Positions 1 to 12,370 of a stretch of 64,000 bases of DNA are shown in pieces (within the stretch, counting starts at the first letter, position 1; each line of letters opens with the position of its first letter). The notes below the pieces were generated by a model, which ran no database searches, had not been told where the DNA came from, and saw only the letters and a list, made by a program, of their open reading frames with translations. The stretch is from positions 29,903,967 through 29,967,966 of the forward strand of contig CM120640.1 in the NCBI GenBank assembly GCA_051362555.1, written 5' to 3'. The stretch comes from Lingula anatina. Lineage: Eukaryota; Animalia; Brachiopoda. The position numbers and the translations under genes are program-made.

Positions 1-170
1 TTGACCTTCTTTTCTCCATGAATCACAGTTCACAAATTTGGATTTCAACTTTTACTCTACCCCATGATTTTGTTTTAAATTGTTATTTTCAATAAAAAAT
101 ATCTAGAACTCTTGTTTATTATTGCATCAAAATTGACAAAATGACCTATTTTCTGCATCTTTATTTTCTG

Positions 171-289
171 TTTTTTGTCTGTACATTTCAAAGCTTTGCT
201 GCCTAGTTCTTGGTTTTCCATACTAATGTGCTTTCTCCAGCTGGTGGTACAATATCTGGAGGTGGTATCACCTCTCTAATCCTCTAGTT
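171..289 (+). mobile_element. Two adjacent 3' ends of non-autonomous Helentron-type elements (family B end ~171-208, family A end ~228-289)
   Basis: TGTCTGTACA...GCTTTGCTGCCTAGTT, then GCTGGTGGTACA + hairpin GGAGGTGGTATCACCTCT + CTAGTT. These match the ends of fuller copies at 60640-60677 and 56400-56450. Confidence 0.7.
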
Positions 290-329
290 AAAAGAGTGTA
301 TGTGTTTGTGTGTATATGTGTGGAAAATT

Positions 330-1900
330 CCATTTTTTTACATCATGGTATTTTCAAAGTGTGACTATGAACTTCAGTGGGCCTGAAGACCTTAGCTAGT
401 ATCATTTCTAAATACCTATCATCTGCAGCGCATCATTAAAATTGGTGGTGATTATGCTGTTAAGCTTTATGTAGTGTGGCATCAAAATTGAAGAAAACCC
501 TTTTAAGTTTTTTGGGCACTGCCTCAGTAGTGGCCATTTAAGGTAAACCAAATACTTACTTATTCTCAAACCTACAGAAAGGAAACATACGGCTAAAATA
601 CAGCTTGTCACCATAAATGCAATAAAAGCAAAACAGTTACGTGTGTCTTATTTTTGAACTTATAAAAATTATACTTAGAATTGATGTGCAGCTCGAATTA
701 GAGAATCGGAGAACTTGATTGGATTATTTATCTTGAATTTATGCATTTCTTGAGAAATTTTCATTTTTGCACATTAAATGTGTGAGTCTGCACTGTCATG
801 GACCTGAAGTTGGTAATCTATTCTTAATATGTGTGTTACCTACAGTGCATAATTAAAATTTGGTGTTGGTTTTGCTGTTAAGCATTGTGTAATATTTCAT
901 CAAAACTGACAGAATGTATCACAAATTCCTTTATGTTGCAGCCATTATTTTCAATCTACTGTCAAGTTTTAAAAATGGAAATAAACTCATATCATTGCAG
1001 TTTGTCAGATTCAATCATTCACTATGTTCAGAATCTCAGAATGGAGGAAATTGGACATTTAACACTGGAATATGTCGGAGACATTTAATATTTCATAGAC
1101 GATGTCAATAATTTCAAGTCATAACTTTTATTGTATTCTCTATAATACGTTGTGTCAATTTTGAAGAGGCTGAGTAGGGCTTGTTTACCTGTCGCATTAA
1201 GAAGCCAGTGATAAGGAAGTGTATGAAGCCATTGGCTGGAGTACGTACTAAAGGTTGTAATATTGAATAGAGAGTCAGAATGTACCTGAGCAGGCAACGA
1301 GTTCACATTAAACGATTGAAACTGGTCATTTTTGTCAGTGTGGATTTCCTCTGTAGCGTTTAGATGTAACGATTTCGACCGCGAATCTGGAAGGTCATAC
1401 TAGAGCGTTACCCTAACTAAAAGTGTCCAACGGTGTCCGTATTTCGAGCCTAATTCTAAATTACGTTTGTATCTAAATTTGCGCGGTTCCGGACACGTTT
1501 TCTGTTCTATTGATATTTTTCCCATCTCATCAATTTTCTTAGTTGGTCATATAAAAATGACAGTAAACTGTTAATTTTGTTTTATGTTAAAAAATTGTTA
1601 AAAATGGAAAAAAAAACATTTCAGAACAGTGCTGTCTTGTTTACATTTTGGCATTTTCAAGGTGTGACTTTGAAGTTCCATTGGCCTGGAGACCTTTGCT
1701 AGTCACATTTTCTGAATATCCATGATACTAATATTTTATTATTAAAAATTAATGGTCATTATACTGTTAAACATTATGTAATATTGCATCAAAATTTGAA
1801 GAAACCCCTATTTTGGGCACTGCTCCCATGATGACCATTTAAGGAAAACCATCTCACTTACTGTTCTCAAACTTCAGTAAAGAAACATGGGACTATATGT
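330..1900 (+). repeat. Degenerate internal sequence of Helentron family B
   Basis: Long matches to 59890-60350 and 14200-14440, e.g. AAAAATGGAAATAAACTCATATCATTGCAGTTTGTCAGATTCAATCATTCACTATG. Confidence 0.7.
1068..1502. mobile_element. ~435-bp unclassified insertion in a family B copy
   Basis: The paralogous empty site at 14281-14315 reads GGACATTTAACACTGTTCTATTG. Here the site is interrupted after ACACTG, with a (C)TG duplication and weak terminal inverted similarity. Confidence 0.6.
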
Positions 1901-3002
1901 TGTTTGCTGTATCTGTAGAATTCACATTCCATACTTTATCAGAGCAAGAGTTTATTTTATTATCTTAGCAACGGAGGTTAGGTAAAACTGTAGTGTGAAT
2001 TATGCGATCATTTAAACCGTTCAGAATGTCTGGTGGTATTGTAAAACACCATTTGCTCTTCCCAGAAGAGCGGGGTGGATCAGGTAGTTTCTAGATAATC
2101 TTTTCAAAACTTATCCAGATTTTGTTGTTGGCCACTTAAACATATTATTGGACTTGCCACATTTTGTTAAAAACTTATCAAGCACAGTAAAATCATTCGA
2201 GTCAATTTTTGTTATCTCTCCAATGTAAGATGGTGAGGTGCATATAAGATGCATGTAACTGAGGATTAGCTTCACTGATTAATACACTAGTGCATGTATA
2301 AACATTGTTTCCCATTAGGTATGAAATGGCAGGTTGACAGGCATGACATGGAAGCCACCAGCACTTAGTATGCTGCAGCTGTCATTACTGGTATCAACCT
2401 GGAAGTTGAAAAAGAGTATTTATAAGATAAGATAAAATAGAATAATAATTTACTAAATGAATAAAATACAAATGTATAAATTTGGGACTCTTTTGCCCTG
2501 TAATAGCTCCATTATCCTGAAAATGTATGCCAAAAGTTTTACCTTCATAGTGTCATTTATGACCTTCCAGATTAGATTTCTAAATTAGACTTTATAATTG
2601 GTACATTTCAACAACCTTTGATTATTAAATATTACGCTATATTTCTGCTGTTTTCTTTCAATACAGATAAGTTACATTTGGATACCTTGTATAATGTATA
2701 ACAATGAAGTACCTTTTATTACTTTTGACTAGGACAGTAGTATTTCAGTTTTTAGATAAACAGGAATTAAGATGAACCACTATATGAAGAATTTGTAGTA
2801 TTCTAATGGGTAGATAGTGAGTTATTGCAGAGCATGAATCATGGAAACCAGTTCAGAATGTCTCAGTATTGTCTGCAGATCACCATTCTGTACTTGTCTT
2901 CCAACATATGGTATCAGTGCACGTACTATTAACTTTCTACAAAATAAAGTTTATTTAACAAGATATATTGGTTTGTCTGGTCAGTCTTCAGTTGTCCCTC
3001 GT

Positions 3003-3365
3003 CAGACATGCTGAAACTGTCGGTCCCATCGGTCATGACCGGGAAAATTTGTCTGGACCGGTAGAAAATTGGACTTGGTCGGTCCAAAGGACTGACAAGA
3101 GTTTTAAGAACCGCAATTTTGAATTTACAGTCATCTTTTGACATACTTCACTAATAAAATTATATAAAACCTAAAGTGTTTTTTCCCTTCCATTTCAAAC
3201 CTATCACATTAACAAACAAAGTAAGCTACCCTAATTGTACTGGTAGCATCTGTCTCAAAGGAATAGAGTGATTTTCAGTCCGACAAAAATCCATTCGGTC
3301 CGTCAAATTTTTCATTACTGACGGTCCAAATGTCCGGGCATTTTGAAAAGTTTTCAGCATGTCTG
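3003..3365. mobile_element. MITE (hAT-like CAG termini)
   Basis: TIR CAGACATGCTGAAA ... TTTCAGCATGTCTG. Subterminal GGTCC/GACCG motifs. Flanks CCTCGT/CCTTGT give a possible 6-bp TSD with one mismatch. Confidence 0.75.
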
Positions 3366-3924
3366 CCTTGTGGATAATTAATACTAGCTGCAAACTAATA
3401 ACTTAGAATTTCTTAAATGCCATATTAAGTAATGTTCCAAAATTGACTTACAATAGGACTACTAGTAAATTACAGCTTGAATTAGAAAATCAGCTGCATT
3501 GGATTCTTTTTCTGGAAGTACCCACTAATGTAGTTTTTTGTTGAATTTTCATTTTTCACATATTGGCATTTTCAATGTGGGACTTGGAACTCTCAGAGGC
3601 ATGAAGCTGTATGGTAGTTACACTCTCACAATGTCCAATTAGATAATTAAAAATTGTTGATGATTATGCTGTTAATCATTATGTGATATTGCAAGGAAAT
3701 TGTAAACAACAACAAGGAAAGCTGTTACTTTCTAACTTAAAGGATGATTCTTACAACTGATATACAGCTCAAATTGGAAAACCAGCTTGATTGGAATTTT
3801 TCTTGTCTGAAACTTTCATTTTTCTCATTCCGACATATTTCAGTTTGTGAATTTGCATTTTCATGGGCATTATGCCAGCTACATATTCCTAACATCTATA
3901 ACCTTTTTATGCATCATTTTCTGC

Positions 3925-4231
3925 TTTTTACGTACAGACACAGTTTTGTCTGTACATACAGCCGTCACCTGCATCTGCCGTTGCCGTCATCGCTGTTGTC
4001 GCCATGGTCGCTATCGTTGCCGTGTACTTTCAGTGATAACATGATAAGTAAAAAACAGATTTACCTTTTGGCTTTAAACTTACAGAACTGATGACTATTC
4101 ATAAAATGCAGGTCAGCATGATGAGGCCATTTTTTCAAAAGTTATGCTTTTTTTTTCAGCATATATGCAGCACTGAAAACTGTTAGGCCTTTTGTTTTGA
4201 AACTGTATATTTATCAGCTTTGCTCTGTAGT
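3925..4231 (+). mobile_element. Short internally deleted Helentron family B element
   Basis: 5' TTTTTACGTACAGACACAG..TGTCTGTACA hairpin and (GCCGTC)-like microsatellite as at 59191. Degenerate 3' end CAGCTTTGCTCTGTAGTT. Confidence 0.6.
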
Positions 4232-4641
4232 TTTAATTATTTTCTTTCAAATGACAAATGCAAGTAAGTTTTAATTGTTTTATTTCTTTGAATTTTAGTG
4301 TATGGAAAAGGATGTGTTACTGGATATATTGTTAAAAAAAGAGAAGATTGACTTAGAGAACTGATATGATACACTGTAAGATGAGCTATCCAGTAAGATT
4401 GCAGCTTCATCCAGTCACCCCATACTACAGTACTGTTATCTGATGTGCTTTAAAAAGTATGGCTGCCCAAACCAGCTCAGAGCTTTTAACCACTGTAGAA
4501 TGTGTCAAGGTTATGAGGGAGGACAGGTAAGAAAATCATTTCGGTCACTTTACCACCTTATAATACCAGATAGAACTTTGCCTCATATTGTGTTCAATTT
4601 GGTATTTCTTGTTGTTGGAAATTTATTGAGAATTTAAACAA

Positions 4642-4832
4642 CAGCAATTGCTTATGTATTATGGGAAGACATTGAACATGGTGACATCAACAATTGCTGT
4701 TGTATTATGGGAAGACATTAAGCATTGTGACATCAACAATTGTTGTTGTATTATGGGAAGACATTGAACATTGTGACATCAACAATTGCTGTTGTATTAT
4801 GGGAAGACATTGAACATTGTGACATCAACAAT
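4642..4832. repeat. 46-bp minisatellite, block 1 (~4 units)
   Basis: Unit ATTGTGACATCAACAATTGCTGTTGTATTATGGGAAGACATTGAAC; period 46 (4681, 4727, 4773). Confidence 0.97.
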
Positions 4833-4989
4833 ACAGTGTTTTCCACGGTCACGTGACTTACGCTAAATTTTCCGTGAGAACACGAGATTTTGCGGGATTT
4901 GAAGTTTCAAGGGGCAAGTGCGGAGTGTACACGACGGACGCCATATCGACGAGTGCTCGTTTTGATCTGAATTTTCAAGGATTTGTAAC

Positions 4990-5485
4990 ATGATAACACC
5001 TGAATATTTTCGAAAACACATTCATGCTAGTACTTGGAATAGAAATTTAACAGACGTACCTGATGACTTTTCCAAGAAAGAACTAAAAACGTATCTCATA
5101 GACAGCAAGGATAGGACATACGATAAGAAATTTGTGCGGGCATTCAAAAGTCTGAAAGCTTATCGGTATTTTCAAGATGGATATGTGCAGAAAATCTACA
5201 CAACAGCTTTAGTGGACCACTCTGTGTCACCAGAAAACTGTCATGTTTAAAGCTAGACGAAAACAACAGGCCCTATTTAAATCAGAAACATAGCTACTTC
5301 AATCAAGTCCAGGGTCAAATGGCTGTGAACAACATTCATGAGTATATGATTTTGTTTTGTGCACAAAGGATCTCTTCATTGAATCTGTTCTGTTTGATGC
5401 TGTTCATTGGGCATCTGTGGTTCCTAAACTGACCAGTTTTTACAAGACATTCATTTTGACAGAGTTGGTGTACGCTACTATTAAA
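4990..5485 (+). pseudogene. YqaJ/lambda-exonuclease-type accessory protein relic of ISL2EU (N- and C-termini fused by deletion)
   Basis: N-terminal AFKSLKAYRYFQDGYVQKI. C-terminal LNQKHSYFNQVQGQMAV and DLFIESVLFDAVHWASVVPKLTSFYKTFILTELV, typical of transposon YqaJ domains. Confidence 0.8.
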
Positions 5486-6256
5486 CATTTTTTTTTTTCA
5501 TTTTTTTTTTCATTCAAAAATTCAAGCTTTATTCTATACATGCATTTAATACCAAACTGAGAATATGTGCAATATTATTCTGCATTGTGATCTTGGGTTG
5601 TGAAAATCTTTAGTGTTTTATTTTCATGCTGTTATTATAATCCTTGCATGATAATAGTCCGTTTTTTTTAAAATATTTTTTCTTTTGTGTATTTAACATG
5701 GATATAGATATTAAATAACACTGTGATAAAGTAAGGTTTTAAAATATGGTTGTGTTAGATGGTGCTATTATATAGGTTTGACTGGAATACAGTAGAATGG
5801 AAATGGTTCTCAGGAGTGAACTTTTATCTTTTTAGACTAGATTTTATTTTATTGATCAGTTGATGCAGGATTCAAGTGTAATTTATATATATTTTATGTA
5901 TTGAGCAGTGCAATGGATACTTAATTACGTTGTCATATAGTAATGTTTTTAATTATAACTTGGTCTCAGATGATGGTGCTTTAAATTAACATTTCCCATG
6001 TAGGTTGGTTTTATTTTACTCAGGTGTTAATGTGCATCTTTTTTACATTTATTTTAATTGGAAGATGGCACGTTGCTAGTGCATTTACTAGTACAGTAAT
6101 TTATTTGCAAACTTGGACATGCAACAGCTCAGCAGTGAACAAATCAAATATGTCTTTGCTATAGTAAATTTTGTACGCAGTTTTACTTTTCTAAATAAAA
6201 CGATGAAAGAAAATAAATTTGCTGTGATTAGCTTCTTCAATATAATTTTCCTAGTC

Positions 6257-6577
6257 CTACTCTCCGCCGCTTCGACCCATGTCGCACTTGAAATACTGTT
6301 TAGCCGTTTTGCGTGACTTTGGTAAATCAGCTGATGGTACTGCATCAATAGACATACTATCTTTCCTGTTTGGCTTCCTGGATTGGAAGTGACAGCCACA
6401 GACTTTGAAGTTGTCAGTTATATCTTTCAATGAAATGTTCGCACGGCCAGCGGCACTAATCCATAGCAATGTCGAACGTCTGTCCTTTGGAAATACAAAA
6501 AAAAAACTACAAACATTGTCTTTTCTACCTCTCCGGTGGCTGCAGTTATACACACTGCAGTTGTCGTGACCACCCAT
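6257..6577 (-). pseudogene. THAP zinc finger, N-terminus of a truncated transposase
   Basis: CSVYNC...FPKD...W...VCGCHF (C2CH THAP signature). An AVP-box-like DAVPS follows a frameshift. No intact DDE core downstream. Confidence 0.85.
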
Positions 6578-6721
6578 TACCGATAAATACAAAGAGCGGG
6601 AGATCTACTTTACATCATGACAGCTGTCTATGAAGGCCCCTTCTACTCTTGCCCCCTGAGAAACAGTCCCGCACAAAATAGCGCGAACTGCGCATGCTCA
6701 CGATTTCGTGGAAAACACTCT

Positions 6722-7035
6722 ATTGCTGTTGTATTATGGGAAGACATTGAACATTGTGACATCAACAATTGCTGTTGTATTATGGGAAGACATTGAACAT
6801 TGTGACATCAACAATTGCTGTTGTATTATGGGAAGACATTAAACAGTGTGACATCAACAATTGCTGTTGTATTATGGAAAGACATTGAACATTGTGACAT
6901 CAATTAACAATTGCTGTTGTTTTATGGGAAGACATTGAACATTGTGACATCAACAATTGCTGTTGTATTATGGGAAGACATTGAACATTGTGACATCAAC
7001 AATTGCTGTAGTATTATGGGAAGACATTGAACATT
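6722..7035. repeat. 46-bp minisatellite, block 2 (~7 units)
   Basis: Same unit, in register with block 1 once the insertion is removed. Confidence 0.97.
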
Positions 7036-10000
7036 TAGTCTGTCCGCAGATTCCCAGCTGCGCGTGCACACTGTCTGAAGCGACGGCCATTTTCGCACTA
7101 CTTTCAGCAAAATCGAGTGAAAATGGACGACTTTTGAGCTCTTCGTATTTTCATGTGTATTTTTGTCAGCAGTTGCTGTGATTTAACGATTGATATATAA
7201 AAAGAAGTGGGAATATCTAAGGATTCGGAATTTTAAGGTTAGTTGTCATAAAAAATACATTCAGAATGGTAAAATGGAAGATTTATCCACACGGGTGATT
7301 GCAAATGGTGCCCTGTTTCAGGTGTCCGAAATTTTCTATTTAAAGATTTCTATAAGAAGTTTAATTTGTACAAAGTTTTAATAACTAAATCATGAAAGCT
7401 AGTTAAACTGGGTTTCTGGAAGTCTATATATATTGAAAATTCAGCTTTGTCTATTTTTTTTAGCGCGAGGTGAACTCGACGCCAAGCACTCGCATTTTTG
7501 AAGCGTGTGACACTAGGGTGTTTCAATTTAAACAAAATTGCTACAATCTTGATATCACCAGCGTTTTATATATATTCTAAAAGGTAAACAAGTGTGCTTT
7601 GTGTTGATATGAAACACATGTTGCGTTTGGGTCCCAACTCGTTGGCAAAGTGTTCATATTCGCGTGAAGTCGGTGTAAAAGTCGGCATAATCGATTTTTT
7701 CAAGTGCAGTAGGTTACTGTGATTATGTATCGCATGAAAGGCAAAATATTTTCAAACAATTAGATCCTGCAGAAAGATAAGATCATAAACTTTCAAATGA
7801 TATATCATAAGATATGTTTCCTATAATTTTTACCCATTTTGTGTGGGGAAATCGGTGCATCTCCAAAACGACGACAAAAATGGAACCCCATTTTCATCAT
7901 AATTTATAGCGTCACGTGACCAACCTGAAGCACTGACCCGACTTGGCAAGACTACAAGTTTTCTTAAATATTCTTAATATCAGAGCAAACAAGTTACAAT
8001 AAAATTAAAATACAAACAAATGCTGTACATCTAACATCAGAAATATTCCAAGAGTTATATGCTTCATTCTTAAAACATCAAAAATGGTACAGTCATGATC
8101 CACTGCACAAGAAATCCAGTGTGAATTTTGACCAATATGGAAAGATATTGCTAGATCTAGTTATAAATAAAACAAGATTTTTTTTAATTGGATAAATATT
8201 TACAATGAAGTACTGGCCTATTGCCAGGTTGTACTTTTTAAAGCCTGAAAGGGTTTTGATAAAAAAAAATCGTTCAACACCAGTTTATTCATTATATTAA
8301 GATCTGCACTTCTGCCTTGTTCTCTTATTTTACTGCTCAAGATTTATTTCTATGTACTAGTACTATTTTTGTCTCTTACATATTAAACTATTTAAAATAA
8401 GACAATTCCAATTGTAATTTGAAAAAATATCCCTAATCTATTTAAAATTTATATTTATCTTTTTAAAAGTGCAAAATTTTGAAATCTGTGTGCTAAACAA
8501 AACTAAGTAAACATTTAAAATTCATGTCCTTAAAGTACTGTCCCTGGGAAATGTTCATTCAGCCTCATCAATATGCACTGAACTTTTTGAAAGTTTTTTT
8601 GAAACTTTTTGCCTTTTAAATTAAAGCAGTTAACAAGGCTCCAATAAACTCGTTGGCCAACTTGATATGAGGGCAGGAGAAGCACCTGCCCCAGCAAGTT
8701 ATGAATATTACTTTAGCCAAAACTGACATACAATTAAGATCATCCCCAGCTGAAAATTCTTGAATATAATTTGTAATTAAATACATATCAAAGTGCATTA
8801 AAAATGAAAAAAAAACTTTACTACACGAGTATGTTTCAATTTTTTTATTTCCTTAGAATCTTCAATGGCCAGGTCATTTACCTGGATATGACAATCAGAA
8901 AACAAAATCAATTCTCAAGTTCAAAATTGGGCCATTTTCCCAGAGTGCCACCCTGCCACCCAGTGGTTGATAGATTCCTTGACTAAATGATCATAAAAAC
9001 TTGGCCCATATAAAACTGCTGTCAAAATTTTGTTAACTTAAGCATAATATTCCCCAAACTTGACCTCCAGTCAGATTCGATTCTTTTGAGAGCACTGTAT
9101 CCTCTCTCCACCTGAGAAGTGGACAGGCTGAACAAGGGAATTTCAATTAGCATTATTGTATGTATTCTAATCTTTGTCTGGTCTCCTACCCTTGAAACAA
9201 ATCAGTACACATAGCTTTACTTTTATTCACTGTAAACATGCCACCTATGTGCTCTTTAAAGGCAGGCCACTCTCAATGGAAGTCTTTTGGGTAAAAGCCC
9301 AACCTGTATAATACTTGAAGAAAATAATGTTCCAGAACTTGTCTGCTATGAGAAAGGTTTCTAGGGTAAACAATATCCAAGGCTCTACAAAACACCATCT
9401 CTTGTTCAGTCACACCTGCATCAACAGCACCATCACTGTTCACACAAAATCGTATTTTCCCTGGTCTTGACCAGAACACCTCTTCCCTTATTGTCAGCTG
9501 ATATGAAATTCAGGAATCTGTTAGAAATAAATATAATAAAATGATAAAATCATACATGTAGAAACAAGAAATTTATACAAAGCAGATAAAAACTGAAATT
9601 TAATGAAAAATCCATAGATTAAAAAAAAAACTCACCTCATTGTCAGTCTCACACCAGTTGTTTATCAAAGTAATTTCTTACCATGCTATATAGTAATATC
9701 CTACTACTAGTAATAGGCCAGTTATAAAAAATACAGAAGTATTGGCTTTTATATATATATATAAACACTTAATTACCTTCTGCTTTGTCTGACTGGTATC
9801 TTTTCATAATTTCATGCCATCTAGTCCATAATTCTCATGCTATAGCTTAGGCAGGGATAGGTATGCTGTCAACATTTCACTAAAATTGAAAAAGCACAAT
9901 GCATAGGTCATAAAGTGTGCATTGGTCATAAAGTGTGGCTGTGCCTTGACAAACTATTTTTTTAAAACTTGTTTAATTTGAAGACTTTTATTTTAATACC

Positions 10001-11132
10001 AACAATTTCAGATAAATTGCGAAAAATTGTTAAAAAATCACAATATTTAAACTTTTAATGTAAAACAACTTTGGAACCTGCCCAAGAAAGACCTTTAGTA
10101 CACCTGTGATTGCGCAATGCGCTAGTTAATAAGTGTGTATAGACACACACACCCTATTTTGGAAAAGGTCTAGATAAGGAAATACAATGGATGAAGGTAC
10201 GCAAGTACACACTTTATGTAAACAAAGTACAACTGTAACTTAATTTGCAACAAAATGTAACATTCACTTGTACTAAACGTCAACAAGTGCATCTGAACTA
10301 TGCGAAGGGAGGTTACTCCAAAATCATTTCTATACATTTCGGCGCTTATATGAAACATAGTGAATGAAAAAAAAAAAAGACTCACCTTTAAGTCGGCAAA
10401 CCCAAAGCTATGTAACTTGAAAGGCAGATTTTTCCATTCTAAAATCTAAAACCATAGCATTGGTTGATCTCCAGCACCGATGTCATTTTTTCACGTATAA
10501 TTTTCCATAACAACTCTCACTATGACAGTGACACATTGTATACTATAAATATACACTTGAAAAGCTGAACATTCAATTTTTTTCAACCGAAATGCAAGAT
10601 TTACCGAGAAAAACGCTCTCCAGTCACTTGCTTAGTGCAACGTGACAGTCCCAGTTTCGACTGACCTACATAGTTCGCACTAAAATAGGGATTTCACAAA
10701 AAAGGACGGTTGTACAAATTTTTTATTCTTCTTGGCTCAATTCCAGCATATATAGTTGCATAAATTGTTATAATATCATGAAAGTAAGTTTGTCCATTTT
10801 TTCTACAATCATTTCATTTTAGGGTACAAAATTACACGATCTGCTTGAGAAAAATGCGTGTGCTATTTTTAGACAACTGATACAAGGCTTTCGTCGAAAA
10901 TTGAAATGTTTATTTTACATTGTGCGTTTACATCAAGTTCTAAGTTTTATTTTTTGAAAGTTTCAAGCAGAATAATGAGTTATTCTCAGAGCTTCATGGA
11001 TTTATATAACAACTACGGATTTTTGAAAACATGGCGTGAAACACACGTCGCGGACTATTTTGTGCAAGCGCGTAGGTGTTTTTATAATGATCACCGCTTA
11101 TGCATTGATATGCAAGATCTGCGGACAGACTG
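7036..11132. mobile_element. Non-autonomous DNA transposon with 3-bp TSD, probably Academ (AcademX-type ends)
   Basis: 16-bp TIR (T/C)AGTCTGTCCGCAGAT and ATT TSD (7033-35 / 11133-35). YAG termini with a 3-4 bp TSD are typical of Academ. No Academ ORF seen. Confidence 0.75.
8940..9660 (-). pseudogene. Spliced, internally deleted hAT-family (ZNF862-like) transposase relic
   Basis: FCVNSDGAVDAGVTEQEMVFCR (first catalytic Asp region). LIEIPLFSLSTSQVERGYSALKRIESDWRSSLG at ~9050-9150 (hAT C-terminal dimerisation motif). Intron GTGAG...TTTCTAACAG at ~9636-9518. Confidence 0.75.
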
Positions 11133-11505
11133 ATTGTGACATTAACAATTGTTGTTGTTGTATTATGGGAAGACACTGAACATTGTGACATCAACAATTG
11201 CTGTTGTATTATGGGAAGACATTGAACATTGTGACATCAACAACTGTTGTTGTATTATGGGAAGACATTGAACATTGTGACATCAACAACTGTTGTTGTA
11301 TTATGGGAAGACATTGAACATTGTGACATCAACAATTGCTGTTGTATTATGGGAAGACATTGAACATTGTGACATCAACAATTGCTGTTGTATTATGGGA
11401 AGACATTGAACATTGTGACATCAACAACTGTTGTTGTATTATGGGAAGACATTGAACATTGTGACATCAACAATTGCTGTTGTATTATGGGAATTAGACA
11501 TTGAA
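11133..11505. repeat. 46-bp minisatellite, block 3 (~8 units)
   Basis: Same unit. Confidence 0.97.
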
Positions 11506-11966
11506 GGGCAGAAACCACTAAATGGAGCAATCACTGACTGTTATAGACGAATGTATACATATACATATACAGTTCAGTGAGAGAAAGTTAATTGGTGCTT
11601 TTTACCTATTTTTCCTGGCATTTCTTGTGTGTTCCTAGCAGGCTAGGGTGTTAATTACTGCCTTTTTTTTAAATTCAGAACCAGGCATAGTTGTGGTGCA
11701 GTCGTGAGACCTCTGGTGGCAGGAGCTACTGACTGTGAGCGGTGCAGTGGTTTGTTTACAAACAGAGGGGTGCACATGTTCAAGTAATGCCGATAAAAAA
11801 GTTTACTTGATGACAGTATATTTTTGTGCCATTGGGAGTTATGTCAGTGTGTCTGCTGTCCATGGGGATGTGAAATGTTTCACCCATTTATTTTGTTCAT
11901 GCAATTTTGCAGGTATTTCTTAGTATGGCCATCAATGGGAAATTATATGCCAGGTTGTTTCTGTCC
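11506..11966. repeat. KolobokP long terminal direct repeat (complete, 461 bp)
   Basis: TGAA|GGGCAGAAACCAC ... GTTGTTTCTGTCC|TGAA, i.e. its own short TIRs. Aligns with 28118-28560. Confidence 0.85.
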
Positions 11967-12370
11967 TGAAGGGGGAAAATATATAAGGGGTGGTCTGGCT
12001 AATTATCAATTTTTTGGTCAATTAAATGAAAAATTACACAGAAATTTGCATACCACACAGGAGGGATACTGTTGTTTGTGGACTGGGGGCACCAGTTGTT
12101 CCATTGGGGTCTGTTATGGGATGATGAGGGTTACATTTCCTGGGGCCGGATACTCCGTTACTGTTGGAGTGCACAGGGTGACATTTATGCTAAAGGAAAG
12201 GATTCCCAACATACCGAGAGAGACAGAAGTATCTCACCTGTGTGGAGTCGCTTTGTGCTGTAACTCCGATCATCTCACAGCAGAGCTTCACGGAAGCAAC
12301 AAAAACAGATTACATTGTCATAATCTGGGAAGGTGCATCAGACACGAATAGAGGCCAAATTGTGTACATG
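11935..12370 (+). pseudogene. His-Cys box (I-PpoI-like His-Me finger) endonuclease of KolobokP
   Basis: CLWTG..YG..VHR..EVSHLCGVALCCNSDHLTAE..NKNRLHC..CIRHE*RPNC. The TAG at 12349-51 falls before the final PxC motif, so it is probably premature. Confidence 0.9.

Larger units (their letters stand above)
4833..6721. mobile_element. Internally deleted ISL2EU-type (PHIS group) DNA transposon
   Basis: 15-bp TIR A(C/G)AGTGTTTTCCACG and AT TSD (4831-32 / 6722-23) that restores the minisatellite unit. Convergent YqaJ-protein and THAP-protein relics inside. Confidence 0.85.

Noticed and set aside
11935-12370. Group I intron homing endonuclease
   Set aside because: No rDNA or intron context. The direct repeats and convergent Kolobok transposase explain it as KolobokP.
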